Origin: Pseudomonadota bacterium
Lineage (GTDB): Bacteria > Myxococcota_A > Polyangia > Polyangiales > JAKSBK01
Direction: 5' to 3'
DNA length: 64,000 nucleotides
Assembly (NCBI GenBank): GCA_022361155.1
Contig: JAKSBK010000527.1
Span: 6,381 to 70,380, forward strand
This document shows, piece after piece, positions 24,463 to 33,909 of the stretch. How positions within the stretch are numbered: position 1 is the stretch's first letter; each line of letters opens with the position of its first letter. The notes under the pieces were generated by a model. That model was given only the letters and a program-made list of their open reading frames with translations. It had not been told where the DNA came from and did no database searches. The position numbers were made by a program, and so were the translations under genes.

Positions 24463-27400
24463 CTACTCGGCCGCGCGGGCGGCCCCCGACTCGTAGCCCA
24501 GGTTGGGAGCAAGCCAGCGCTCGACCTCCGCCAGGCTCAGACCCTTTCGTCTCGCGTAGTCCATCACCTGGTCGCGCCCCAGCTTGCCCACCGAGAAGTA
24601 CCGGCTTTGCTCGTGAGCAAGGTAGATGCCGCTGACGCTGGCCGCCGGCGTCAGCGCAAAGTGCTCGGTCAGCCCCATCCCCAGCGCCTGCGCGTCCAGC
24701 AGCTCGAATAGTTTAGGATTCTCGCTGTGGTCGGGGCAGGCCGGGTACCCGAACGCTGGCCGTATGCCGCGGAATTTCTCCGCCAGGAGCTCATCTAGCG
24801 CGAGCTCTTCCCCGGCCGCATAGCCCCACTCCTTGCGCACACGCGCGTGCAGCGCCTCCGCAAGCGCCTCCGCTAATCGGTCGGCGAGCGCCTTTGCCAT
24901 GATCGCGCTGTAGTCGTCGTGCTCCCGCTCGAACCTGGCGACGAGCGCGTCCACGCCAAGGCCCGAGGTCACGGCGAACGCGCCGATATGGTCCTCGATG
25001 CCGCTACCGATCGGCGCGACGAAATCGGCCAGGCAGCGCTGGGGTTCACCCTCGCGCTTGGACCGCTGCTGGCGCAGCATGGTGAAGCGGAGCAATTCTC
25101 GGCTCCGGCTGCTGTCGGACCAGACGACGATGTCGTTCAAATCGCTGTTGGCGGGCCAAAAGCCGTAGGCAGCGCGCGCTTGCAGCAGGCGTTCTTGCAC
25201 GATTCGGTCGAGCAGCGCCTGGGCGTGCGCATGAAGCTCGCGCGCGGCAGCACCGTGCCTCGGATGATCCAAGATCTGGGGAAAGCGACCCTTGAGCTCC
25301 CACGCTGTAAAGAAAAACGTCCAGTCGATGTAGCGCCGGATCTCGGTTAGGGGGAATGCCGATAGCACCCTGGACCCCAGGAAGCTCGGGCGCACCGCGT
25401 CCTGCGGTCGCCACGCCAGCTTGGGACGGCATGCGTTGGCTTGCTCGTACGGAAGCAGCGCTCCGGTGCCGCCCTCTTGGTGCAGCCGCCGCAGCGCTTG
25501 CTGCGCTCGCTCGTTGCTCAGGGCGAAATCCTGCCTGCGCTCCTTGTCGAGGAGGCTGCCCACGACATTCACGGCTCGCGACGCGTCCAGAACGTGAAGG
25601 GTGGGAAGGGGGTACTCGGGCGCAATCTTGACGGCCGTGTGCTGGCGGCTGGTCGTGGCGCCTCCGATGAGCAAAGGAATATCGAACCTCCGCCGCTTCA
25701 TCTCGGCTGCGACGTGGACCATTTCGTCGAGCGAGGGCGTGATCAGCCCGCTCAAGCCGATTAGGTCGACTCGGCGCTCTCGCGCAGTACCCAGGATCCT
25801 ATCTGCCGGAACCATGACTCCGAGATCGATAACCTCGTAGCCATTGCAGGCGAGCACCACCCCCACGATGTTCTTCCCGATGTCATGCACATCGCCCTTG
25901 ACGGTTGCGAGCAGAATCCGCCCCAGGCTGTGGCTTGCAGCGGCGTCCTGCTGGTCCTCTTCCATGAAGGGCTGCAGGTAGGCCACCGCCTTCTTCATGA
26001 CGCGTGCGCTCTTGACGACCTGCGGCAGAAACATCTTGCCCGCACCGAACAGGTCCCCGACCACGCTCATGGCGTCCATCAGCGGTCCCTCGATCACCGC
26101 AAGCGGCCGCCGATAGTGCCGGCGCGCGAGCTCGGTGTCCTCCTCTACGAAGTCGCTGATACCGTGGATGAGAGCGTACTTGAGCCTTTCCGCAACATCG
26201 GTCTCACGCCAGGATAGATCCCGCTCGCGCTTCTTGCCGCCGCCCTTCACCGTTTCCGCGAACGCGACCAGCCGCTCGGTGGCGTCGGGGCGTCGATCCA
26301 GGATGACGTCCTCGACGAGCTCCAGCAGGGGGGCGGGGATGTCCTCGTAGACCACAAGCTGGCCCGCATTCACGATGCCCATGTCCATGCCGGCCCGTAT
26401 CGCGTGCAAGAGGAAGGCCGAGTGCATCGCTTCTCGTACAGCGTCGTTGCCACGAAAGGAAAACGAGAGGTTGGATACACCCCCGCTCACCTTGGCACCG
26501 GGGCAGGCCTCCTTGATGCGTCGCGTGGCCTCGATGAATGCGAGCGCGTACGAGGCATGTTCGGGCATGCCTGTGGCCACGGCGAAGATATTGGGATCGA
26601 ATACGATGTCGGTCGGGTCCATGCCCACGCGTTCGGTGAGCAAACGATACGCCCGGCGGCAGATCTCGAGCTTGTGGCCGGCAGTTTCGGCTTGGCCGGC
26701 CTCGTCGAAGGCCATGACGACCACACCGGCCCCGTGGGCACGCACCACCTCGGCCCTGCTCAAGAACTCTGCCTCACCCTCCTTCAGGCTCAGGGAGTTG
26801 ACGATGCCTTTGCCCTGCAAGCACTTGAGGCCTGCCTCGAGCACACTCCAGCGCGAGCTGTCGATCATGACGGGCAGACGGGCAATCTCCGGCTCGCTGG
26901 CCAGCAGGTTGAGAAACGTGGTCATGGCTTGCTCGGAAGCGAGCATGCCCTCGTCCATATTGACGTCCAGGATGTTGGCGCCTCCGCGCACCTGGTCGAG
27001 CGCTACGTCGAGCGCTTTCTGATAGTCGCCGGCCTTGACCAGACGCAGGAACTTGCGCGAGCCGGTCACGTTCGTGCGCTCCCCGATCACGGTGAAGTTG
27101 GAGTCGGGGCGAATCACCAGCGGCTCGAGCCCGGCGAACCGGGTCAGCCCGTCGGGTTCGGGCACGCGCCTGGGCGCGACGCCGGCAACGGCTCGAGCGA
27201 TGGCGCGGACATGCTCGGGCGTGGTGCCACAGCAGCCTCCCACGAGATTGACAAGCCCGGCGCGCGCGAACTCGCCGATCAGCCGTGCAGTGGTCGCTGC
27301 TGGCTCATCGTACTGGCCAAAGGCGTTGGGCAGCCCGGCGTTAGGATAGCAGCTAACGTACGTGGTGGCGACATCGGACAGCTCTTTCAGGAACGGCCGC

Positions 27401-28203
27401 ATCTCGCCGGCGCCGAGTGCGCAGTTGATACCCACGGTCATGGGCTTGGCGTGTGCGATCGAGATCCAGAAGGCCTCCACCGTTTGACCGGAGAGCGTGC
27501 GCCCGCTCTTGTCCGTGATCGTCACGGAAACCATGAGCGGCAGCCTGCGGCCGAGCGCAGCGGCCACTTCGTCGATCGCCAGCAATGCGGCCTTGGCATT
27601 CAGGGTATCGGTGATGGTCTCCACAAGCAGCAAGTCGGCACCGCCCTCGATCAAGCCCTGCACTTGTTCGGCGTAGGCGCTCTTCATGTCGTCGAAGCCG
27701 AGCGCGCGAAATCCCGGATCGTTGACGTCCGGCGACATCGAAAGCACCCGGTTGGTGGGACCGATGGCACCTGCAACGAAGCGTGGTTTGCTCGGGTTGT
27801 TGCCGGTCCAACGGACGGTGGCCTCTTTCGCGATCCGTGCGGCTTCGCGGTTCATTTCCCGCACCACCGGCTGGGTCCGATAGTCGGCCTGAGCTATCCG
27901 CGTGGCGCTGAAGGTATTGGTCTCCACGATGTCGGCGCCTGCCTGTAGGTAGGCATCGTGCATGGAGCCCACAAGCTCTGGACGCGTCAGGCACAACAGG
28001 TCGTTGTTGCCCTTGAGATCGACCGGATGCCCGGCGAAACGGCTACCGCGGAAGTCATCCTCGCCGAGATCGGCGGCCTGGATGAGCGTTCCCATGGCGC
28101 CATCGAGCAGAACGATGCGTTGCGCCAGGAGCGACTCGAGGGGGTGCGGGGATCGGTTCTCCAAGGCTCTTGATCCAAAGGGGGAGCGACACAAATCAAG
28201 CAT
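24463..28203 (-). CDS. metH: Cobalamin-dependent methionine synthase
   Basis: Hcy-binding domain (VLLDGAMGT), pterin-binding domain, B12-binding [10 protein letters not shown] (DxHxxG) and GGAT, C-terminal AdoMet-activation domain ([12 protein letters not shown]). Start set at ATG 28203. Confidence 0.95.
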   Translation of the reverse strand: MLDLCRSPFGSRALENRSPHPLESLLAQRIVLLDGAMGTLIQAADLGEDDFRGSRFAGHPVDLKGNNDLLCLTRPELVGSMHDAYLQAGADIVETNTFSATRIAQADYRTQPVVREMNREAARIAKEATVRWTGNNPSKPRFVAGAIGPTNRVLSMSPDVNDPGFRALGFDDMKSAYAEQVQGLIEGGADLLLVETITDTLNAKAALLAIDEVAAALGRRLPLMVSVTITDKSGRTLSGQTVEAFWISIAHAKPMTVGINCALGAGEMRPFLKELSDVATTYVSCYPNAGLPNAFGQYDEPAATTARLIGEFARAGLVNLVGGCCGTTPEHVRAIARAVAGVAPRRVPEPDGLTRFAGLEPLVIRPDSNFTVIGERTNVTGSRKFLRLVKAGDYQKALDVALDQVRGGANILDVNMDEGMLASEQAMTTFLNLLASEPEIARLPVMIDSSRWSVLEAGLKCLQGKGIVNSLSLKEGEAEFLSRAEVVRAHGAGVVVMAFDEAGQAETAGHKLEICRRAYRLLTERVGMDPTDIVFDPNIFAVATGMPEHASYALAFIEATRRIKEACPGAKVSGGVSNLSFSFRGNDAVREAMHSAFLLHAIRAGMDMGIVNAGQLVVYEDIPAPLLELVEDVILDRRPDATERLVAFAETVKGGGKKRERDLSWRETDVAERLKYALIHGISDFVEEDTELARRHYRRPLAVIEGPLMDAMSVVGDLFGAGKMFLPQVVKSARVMKKAVAYLQPFMEEDQQDAAASHSLGRILLATVKGDVHDIGKNIVGVVLACNGYEVIDLGVMVPADRILGTARERRVDLIGLSGLITPSLDEMVHVAAEMKRRRFDIPLLIGGATTSRQHTAVKIAPEYPLPTLHVLDASRAVNVVGSLLDKERRQDFALSNERAQQALRRLHQEGGTGALLPYEQANACRPKLAWRPQDAVRPSFLGSRVLSAFPLTEIRRYIDWTFFFTAWELKGRFPQILDHPRHGAAARELHAHAQALLDRIVQERLLQARAAYGFWPANSDLNDIVVWSDSSRSRELLRFTMLRQQRSKREGEPQRCLADFVAPIGSGIEDHIGAFAVTSGLGVDALVARFEREHDDYSAIMAKALADRLAEALAEALHARVRKEWGYAAGEELALDELLAEKFRGIRPAFGYPACPDHSENPKLFELLDAQALGMGLTEHFALTPAASVSGIYLAHEQSRYFSVGKLGRDQVMDYARRKGLSLAEVERWLAPNLGYESGAARAAE

Positions 28204-28396
28204 GTGTGTCTCCGGCGTCAAGCTCCGATCCGCGCAGTCCGAGATTGCCGGCCCGCGCTCCCGTCGACGACCGCCGTACAAACGACCGCCCCACAGCGGA
28301 CCGCAGGCACCTGACCGAGGCCGAAAACAGCGGGAATCTCCAACCTGTGTAAGGGCATGGCCACGATCGCAGCCACGATCACGGACTTATTCGGTT

Positions 28397-30109
28397 CTAC
28401 TGAACGTCGGCGCTGGTGACGCGCAGCACCTCGTCGATGGAGGTGACACCGTCAAGCACCTTCTTGATGCCGGCCAGGCGCAGCGAGTCGGCTCCAGCTC
28501 GGATCATTTCATCCTTCAGCTCCGCGGTCGAACAGCCCTGCAGCACCATCTCTTTGAGTCGGTCGGTCATGGGCATGACCTCGTAGAGTGCCACCCGGCC
28601 CTTGTAGCCCGTGTCGTTACAGGTGCGGCAACCGGTCCCCTTGACCGGCTGCGCCTTCGCTATCTGCTCCGGGCTAAAACCGACCTCCTCGAGCACACTC
28701 TTGTCGACGTCGATGGGAGCCTTGCAGTCGGCACAGATGCGACGCGCGAGACGCTGGGCGAGCACCAAGTTGACCGCCGCAGTCACCAAGAAGGGCTCGA
28801 TGCCCATGTTCAGCAGCCGCGATACCGTGCTGGGGGCGTCGTTCGTATGCAACGTCGAAAGGACCAGATGGCCGGTGAGCGCGGCCTTCACGGCGATTTC
28901 CGCGGTCTCGAAGTCTCGAACCTCGCCGACCATGATGATGTCGGGATCCTGGCGCAGGAAGCTCCGCAGAGCAGCCGCGAAGTTGAGCCCAATATCGTCG
29001 TGCATCTGGACCTGATTGATACCCATGAGATTGTACTCGACTGGGTCCTCGGCGGTGCTGATGTTGGTGCTCTCTTTGTTCAGCTCCGACAGCGCAGAGT
29101 ACAGGGTGGTCGTTTTCCCGGAGCCCGTGGGGCCCGTAACGAGGACCATGCCGTAGGGCTGGTTGATCGCCCCCTTGAAGTCCGACAGGGCTCTTTGTGC
29201 GAAACCGAGCTTGGCCATGTCCAACTGAAGGTTGGACTTGTCGAGCAACCTCATACATATTTTTTCGCCCCAGATCGTCGGGAGGACCGAGACACGGAAG
29301 TCCATTTCCTTGCCCTTGCCCAGCTTGAGCTTGATGCGGCCATCTTGCGGGAGGCGCCGCTCGGCGATGTCGAGCGAGCTCATGATCTTCAGGCGCGAAG
29401 CGATGGCGTTCTTGAGCTTGAGGGGGGGGCGCATCTCATCGTTGAGGACGCCATCAATGCGATAGCGCACCCGCAGGCTCTTCTCGTAGGGCTCGACGTG
29501 AATATCGGACGCCCCCTTCTTGATGGCGCTGAGCAGAATGGCATTGCACAAGCGCACGACAGGCGCGTCTTCGGCATCTTTCTCCAGGTCCAGCGATGAG
29601 GGGCCGTCCTCTTCAGCTGTGAAATCGATCTCCTCTTCGTCAAAACCATCCATGATCTCGTCGAAGGAGATCTCGTCGACGCCCCCGTAGTAACGCTCGA
29701 TCGCCTCGGCGATGGCAGGCTCTGCGGCGACCACCGGCTCGACATTGAAGCCGGTCAAGAACTTGACGTCGTCGACCGCGTGCAGGTTGGACGGATCGGC
29801 CATGGCCACCACCAGGGAAGAGCCGTTCCGGGACACTGGGACAATTCGGTGGCGCTCGCAGACGTCCTGCGAGATGAGCTTCAAGACGGCCTTGTCGACC
29901 TCGCACTCCCTGAGGTCGATGGCTTTGACACGGTACTGCTGGCTCAGAAAGTCGGTGATCTGATGATCGGATACGAAGCCCATCTTGGACAGCGCGTAGC
30001 CCAGGCTCGTGTTGCCCTTGCGCTGTTCGTCCTGCGCGGTCCGAAGTTGCTGCAGGCTGATGAGCTTCTCCCGCACAAGCAGCTCGCCCATGCGTTTATC
30101 GGTGGTCAT
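28397..30109 (-). CDS. pilB: Type IV pilus / GspE-family assembly ATPase, PilB-like
   Basis: Walker A GPTGSGKTTT, Asp box, Walker B, His box, tetracysteine CADC...CRTC, N-terminal GspE_N repeats. GGGAGG lies 7 nt before the ATG. Confidence 0.9.
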   Translation of the reverse strand: MTTDKRMGELLVREKLISLQQLRTAQDEQRKGNTSLGYALSKMGFVSDHQITDFLSQQYRVKAIDLRECEVDKAVLKLISQDVCERHRIVPVSRNGSSLVVAMADPSNLHAVDDVKFLTGFNVEPVVAAEPAIAEAIERYYGGVDEISFDEIMDGFDEEEIDFTAEEDGPSSLDLEKDAEDAPVVRLCNAILLSAIKKGASDIHVEPYEKSLRVRYRIDGVLNDEMRPPLKLKNAIASRLKIMSSLDIAERRLPQDGRIKLKLGKGKEMDFRVSVLPTIWGEKICMRLLDKSNLQLDMAKLGFAQRALSDFKGAINQPYGMVLVTGPTGSGKTTTLYSALSELNKESTNISTAEDPVEYNLMGINQVQMHDDIGLNFAAALRSFLRQDPDIIMVGEVRDFETAEIAVKAALTGHLVLSTLHTNDAPSTVSRLLNMGIEPFLVTAAVNLVLAQRLARRICADCKAPIDVDKSVLEEVGFSPEQIAKAQPVKGTGCRTCNDTGYKGRVALYEVMPMTDRLKEMVLQGCSTAELKDEMIRAGADSLRLAGIKKVLDGVTSIDEVLRVTSADVQ

Positions 30110-30420
30110 CTATTCCCTCCCATAAGGACACCGCGCGCGCAGCGGCGAGGGGGGACAGCCCGTCGCATGGCCCGCAAACAGCTCCAAGTTATCCCGCCAT
30201 CCGTCATCCAGGGAGCGCGCCCGGCGTCGCCCGAGCTCCATTCGAGCCGCGAAGCCACCCCGACTCCGTTGACTTGGAACGGAGAACCCTCGCAGCTCTG
30301 AAGGGAACCCGCGTGAACATGTGTGGGACGCTGGGATGCATCGGCAGCGACCTGCCGAAAGCAGGCCCTGTTGCTGTCCCCTTGCGGACACGCTACTGGT
30401 CACTGCGCCAGGTGCTGCCA

Positions 30421-31302
30421 GTGGCAAAGCGCAAGCCCCCCAAGTCCTCTATCGCCAACCCCGCCGAAGCGCTCGCTCAGCTCGAGACCCCGCGAGTCAA
30501 GTGGAAGGTCATCGCTCAGATTGGGGCCGGTTTCGGGGTGCTTTGGGTAACCGCCCTGATGACCCTTCCGTACATCGGCTACTGGGGCGTTGGCGTGGTC
30601 GGCGTGCTCACGGTGCTTGCGGCCGGCTTCGCCATCTATGCGGGCGCCCTGGCCCGCCGCTCACGTTCCATCGTCAACATCATGAAGACGGCCACCGACG
30701 ACCAGGGCCGCGAGCAGGCCCTGAAACAGCTGGCCGAAGGTAGCTCCAAGGACGCGATGAAGGCTCTTGCCCGCGCCCAGCTGCTTGCGGCCACCGATGC
30801 GTCGCAGGCCATCGCGATTCTGGAAGGTATCGACCTCGACAAGGCGCCCGCGGCCGTGAGGGACGACGGTCGGACCCAACTTGCCATGCTCTACCTCAGG
30901 GCGAATCGGGTGCGGGACGCCAGGACACTAGCCGACGCGATCCGTCTGGATCGCGTACCGACCACGAAGGGTAAGGCCATGAGTGCCGCCATCGTCGCCG
31001 AAGCGTTCTCCAGAACGGGCAAGGGCCAGGAAGCCCTGAAGCTACTGCAAACCTACAGTGCGGATGATTCGGAGTACGGAGAGGCGAGGCTGCTGCTGTT
31101 GCGCGCTCAGGTGTTCACCTACTTCTCCAACAAGAAGCGGGGGCTGGCGCGCAAATCCATGGCCGCCATGGGGCGCATGGAGCCGCAGATGCTCGGGAGC
31201 TTCATGCAAAAAGGCGTCCCGCCCGAGCTCACGCGGATGGCCAAACAGGCTCTGGCTGAATCGGGCCTGGCGCCGAAGGTACGCGTCAAGCGCGCACGCT
31301 AG
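30421..31302 (+). CDS. Hypothetical membrane protein (2 TM plus a helical-repeat, TPR-like C-terminal region). Start uncertain: GTG 30421, or ATG 30319, or 30274.
   Basis: WKVIAQIGAGFGVLWVTALMTL and GVGVVGVLTVLAAGFAIYAGAL TM segments, then an Ala/Leu/Arg-rich helical region. Confidence 0.5.
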   Translation: MAKRKPPKSSIANPAEALAQLETPRVKWKVIAQIGAGFGVLWVTALMTLPYIGYWGVGVVGVLTVLAAGFAIYAGALARRSRSIVNIMKTATDDQGREQALKQLAEGSSKDAMKALARAQLLAATDASQAIAILEGIDLDKAPAAVRDDGRTQLAMLYLRANRVRDARTLADAIRLDRVPTTKGKAMSAAIVAEAFSRTGKGQEALKLLQTYSADDSEYGEARLLLLRAQVFTYFSNKKRGLARKSMAAMGRMEPQMLGSFMQKGVPPELTRMAKQALAESGLAPKVRVKRAR

Positions 31303-31419
31303 GTACTGTTTCAATAACCCTACAGGATCACGGATGAGGTCCATCAATCTGGCTGCGGTGCCTGACCAGACCACGACCACGCGAAAGCAGTACCTAGCCC
31401 CCCAACTTGCCTACCGGCC

Positions 31420-32847
31420 CTAGCGACCCGGATTCGCCCCTCCAGGTGGGCCGGTGTCACGGCGAATGCCGTAGGCTCTCATCTTCTTGTGGAGGTTGGT
31501 GCGCTCGATACCCAGCTCGGTGGCCGCCTTGGAGATGTTCCATTCGAGGCCCCGGAGCATCGCCAGTATGTAGTGTTTTTCCATATTTTCCCGAAACTTG
31601 CGGAGCGTGAGCCGCTGACCGGACGCTGCCACCAGGCGAGCCAGCTCTTGGGCGTCGGGTCGCGGCTCGTGCGTGCTTTGGCCAAGGCGGCCCTGGTCAG
31701 GGAGATCGGCGAGGGTGATCCGATCTCCGCTCAGGATGACCATACGCTCGACCACGTTCTTGAGCTCGCGCACGTTGCCGGGCCACGAACGGGAGGTGAG
31801 GGCCTGCAGAACCGCTGGATCGATCGGCTTGGCGCGCAACCCATTTTCCGCGCAGAACGAGCTCAAGAAAGCCTGTGTCAACAGCGGTATATCCTCCTTG
31901 CGCTCGCGAAGCGCCGGGCTACGCACGGGCACCACGTTGAGCCGAAAGTACAAGTCCTCGCGGAACTCGCCTGCCTCGACAGCAGCCTCCACGTCCTTAT
32001 TGGTAGCGGCAACGACACGCACATCGACCGAAATCGCCCGCTCGCTCCCCACGCGGGAGATCTCCCCGCTTTGAAGTGCCCGGAGCACCTTGGCCTGCGC
32101 CTCCAGGCTCATGTCCCCGATCTCGTCGAGCAGCAACGTGCCACCGTCCGCTGCCTCGAAGAGGCCTTTCTTTCGTGCCTGCGCTCCGGTGAAGGCGCCG
32201 CGCTCGTAGCCGAAGAGCTCGCTTTCGAGCAAGCTGCCTGGCAGGGCAGCGCAGTTCACCTTCACGAACGGGTTGGAGCGCCGGGGACTCAGTCTGTGGA
32301 TGGCTCGTGCGATCAGCTCCTTGCCTGTCCCGCTCTCGCCGGTGATGAGCACCCGTCCCCGGGTGGGCGCTACCTTCTCGATGGCAGCATAGAGCTTGAG
32401 CATGATGGAGCTCTTGCCGATCATGTCGTAGCGCTTGTTGACCTCGGCACGCAGGGAGTCCACCTCGGACTGCAGACGCGCCGACTTCAGCGCGTTGTTG
32501 ACGCTTACGAGGATGCGATCGCGGTCGAGCGGCTTCTCGAAGAAATCGGTGGCGCCCTGCTGGATGGCGTGTACCGCCTCCGAAAGCGACGCATGGCCCG
32601 AGATCATCAGCACCGGCAGCGCACTTCGGTGGGGACTAGCCCGCAAGGACTGCAGCGCATCGAGGCCGCTCATGCCGGGCAGTCGCACATCGAGGATCAC
32701 TAGGTCGGGCTCGTTTTCGTCAACGAGACGCAGGCCCTGTTCGCCGCTCGGTGCCTCCAATACCTCCAGGCCGGCGCCCTCCAGTACCATCCGCAAGCTC
32801 CGGCGGATGTTCTTCTCGTCGTCGATGATCAGGACGCTTGGGGACAC
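31420..32847 (-). CDS. Sigma54-dependent response regulator (NtrC/PilR class enhancer-binding protein)
   Basis: Receiver (VLIIDDEKNIRRSL ... DLVILDVRLPGMSG), AAA+ Walker A GESGTGKE, sigma54-contact loop GAFTGA, C-terminal Fis-type HTH (NISKAATELGIERTNLHKKM). Start set at GTG 32847. Confidence 0.9.
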   Translation of the reverse strand: MSPSVLIIDDEKNIRRSLRMVLEGAGLEVLEAPSGEQGLRLVDENEPDLVILDVRLPGMSGLDALQSLRASPHRSALPVLMISGHASLSEAVHAIQQGATDFFEKPLDRDRILVSVNNALKSARLQSEVDSLRAEVNKRYDMIGKSSIMLKLYAAIEKVAPTRGRVLITGESGTGKELIARAIHRLSPRRSNPFVKVNCAALPGSLLESELFGYERGAFTGAQARKKGLFEAADGGTLLLDEIGDMSLEAQAKVLRALQSGEISRVGSERAISVDVRVVAATNKDVEAAVEAGEFREDLYFRLNVVPVRSPALRERKEDIPLLTQAFLSSFCAENGLRAKPIDPAVLQALTSRSWPGNVRELKNVVERMVILSGDRITLADLPDQGRLGQSTHEPRPDAQELARLVAASGQRLTLRKFRENMEKHYILAMLRGLEWNISKAATELGIERTNLHKKMRAYGIRRDTGPPGGANPGR

Positions 32848-32936
32848 TGTTTCGCTATAACACACAGGTGAGCCGATGCCGGATGCCGCCCCCCTCGAAG
32901 GGACCGCACCTGCGGTGAACGAAGGCGTCGCGTCTT

Positions 32937-32992
32937 GCCAGCGGTGCCCGGCTCCCGCCGATCCGGAAAAGTTATTCTGTGACGGGGCCTTA
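32937..32992. repeat. Degenerate right-end relic of the MITE-like family in the divergent regulator/operon intergenic region
   Basis: gccagcggtg cccggctccc gccgatccgg aaaagttatt ctgtgacggg gcctta aligns without gaps to the last 56 nt of copy A (first 10 nt identical; tail 19 of 26). Confidence 0.45.
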
Positions 32993-33018
32993 CGCTGCCC
33001 GGAGGATGCCAATCAAGG

Positions 33019-33049
33019 TTGACCCTGTCGGTCCGTGCCTGGTATAAAT
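33019..33049 (+). promoter_or_regulatory. Near-consensus sigma70-type promoter with extended -10 (TTGACC-N18-TGgTATAAAT) in an AT-rich island about 60 nt upstream of 33115
   Basis: Hexamers read directly. The same bases also fit a weak sigma54 spacing (TGGTAT-N-AAGC, GG-N10-GC at 33041-33054). Confidence 0.45.
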
Positions 33050-33114
33050 GAAGCTCAATTGTTTCACTTTTTTCCGGGCGGGCAGCATCGACCCCGCAGG
33101 AACGAGGATATCCC

Positions 33115-33909
33115 ATGCGCAGGCTGGTGGCACCGTCCGCGTCTGTAGCGTTGTTCTTCGTAGGGACGCTGTTCTTTGTCGGCGTCGGAATAGCCGCGGG
33201 TCAAGACACCGCGCCAAGCACCGAGCAGGCGCAAGCGCAAGCTGCGGCATCGACCGAGGCCGCCGCCAAGGCTGGCGCAACCTCGGAAAAGGCGGCTCCG
33301 GCGCCCGGGGCGACGGGACCGCAGCTACCGGGCGGCTCGCCGGCTCGGGCAGCACCGACCGTGGACGCCTCCAAGTATTCGGTGAGGCTGCGCGATCTCG
33401 AGCAGCGGGTGAACGAGCTCAAGGAGCAGATTTTTCGATCGAAGGCACGTTTGTCGCTGCTTGCCGAGACAGTGCTGCAAGGTGTCGTCGCCGGTGCCCA
33501 GGCGAAGATCATCCACGAAAACAAGATGGGATCCTCCTACAAGCTCGTGCGCGTGGTCTACGCGCTCGACGGCGCCCCGATCTTCAACAAGGCCGATGAG
33601 TCGGGCGCGCTCGGGGATCGCGACGCATTTGACGTCTACAACGGCAGCATCGTGCCGGGCGAGCACACGCTGACAGTGAAACTCGAGTATCGAGGCCATG
33701 GCTATGGCATTTTCTCGTACCTCAAGGGCTATACCTTCAAGGCGCGGGCATCGTTTTCCTTCAACGCGCCCGAGGGCAAGCTGGCCACCCTCAGGGTCGT
33801 CGGCTACGAACGTGGAGGACCTACTGCACCGCTAGAGGAGCGACCCGCGGTTACCTTCCACAAGCGCTTTCAATCGAATCAGGCAGGTCCGGGAGAGGTA
33901 GCGCAGTGA
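33115..33909 (+). CDS. Secreted/anchored coiled-coil plus beta-rich protein, first gene of the Glt/Nfs-like operon (unassigned)
   Basis: GAGGA 8 nt before the ATG; hydrophobic N-terminus VALFFVGTLFFVGVGIAAG; heptad segment SVRLRDLEQRVNELKEQIFRSKARLSLLAE; beta-rich C-terminal half. Confidence 0.6.
   Translation: MRRLVAPSASVALFFVGTLFFVGVGIAAGQDTAPSTEQAQAQAAASTEAAAKAGATSEKAAPAPGATGPQLPGGSPARAAPTVDASKYSVRLRDLEQRVNELKEQIFRSKARLSLLAETVLQGVVAGAQAKIIHENKMGSSYKLVRVVYALDGAPIFNKADESGALGDRDAFDVYNGSIVPGEHTLTVKLEYRGHGYGIFSYLKGYTFKARASFSFNAPEGKLATLRVVGYERGGPTAPLEERPAVTFHKRFQSNQAGPGEVAQ

Noticed and set aside
28204-28396. 193-nt leader between pilB and metH, checked for a cobalamin, SAM or SAH riboswitch. 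It also contains a GCCACGATC direct repeat (28360-28368, 28372-28380).
   Set aside because: I could not recognise a B12-box (GCCACTG-type) or other riboswitch core motifs. The short direct repeat alone is insufficient. A covariance-model scan (Rfam) would be decisive.
33040-33054. Sigma54-type reading (TGGTAT-N5-AAGC) of the promoter island upstream of the Glt-like operon.
   Set aside because: Only the GG and GC dinucleotides and the spacing fit. The same bases make a much better extended -10 sigma70 promoter. It is kept only as an alternative in the finding.
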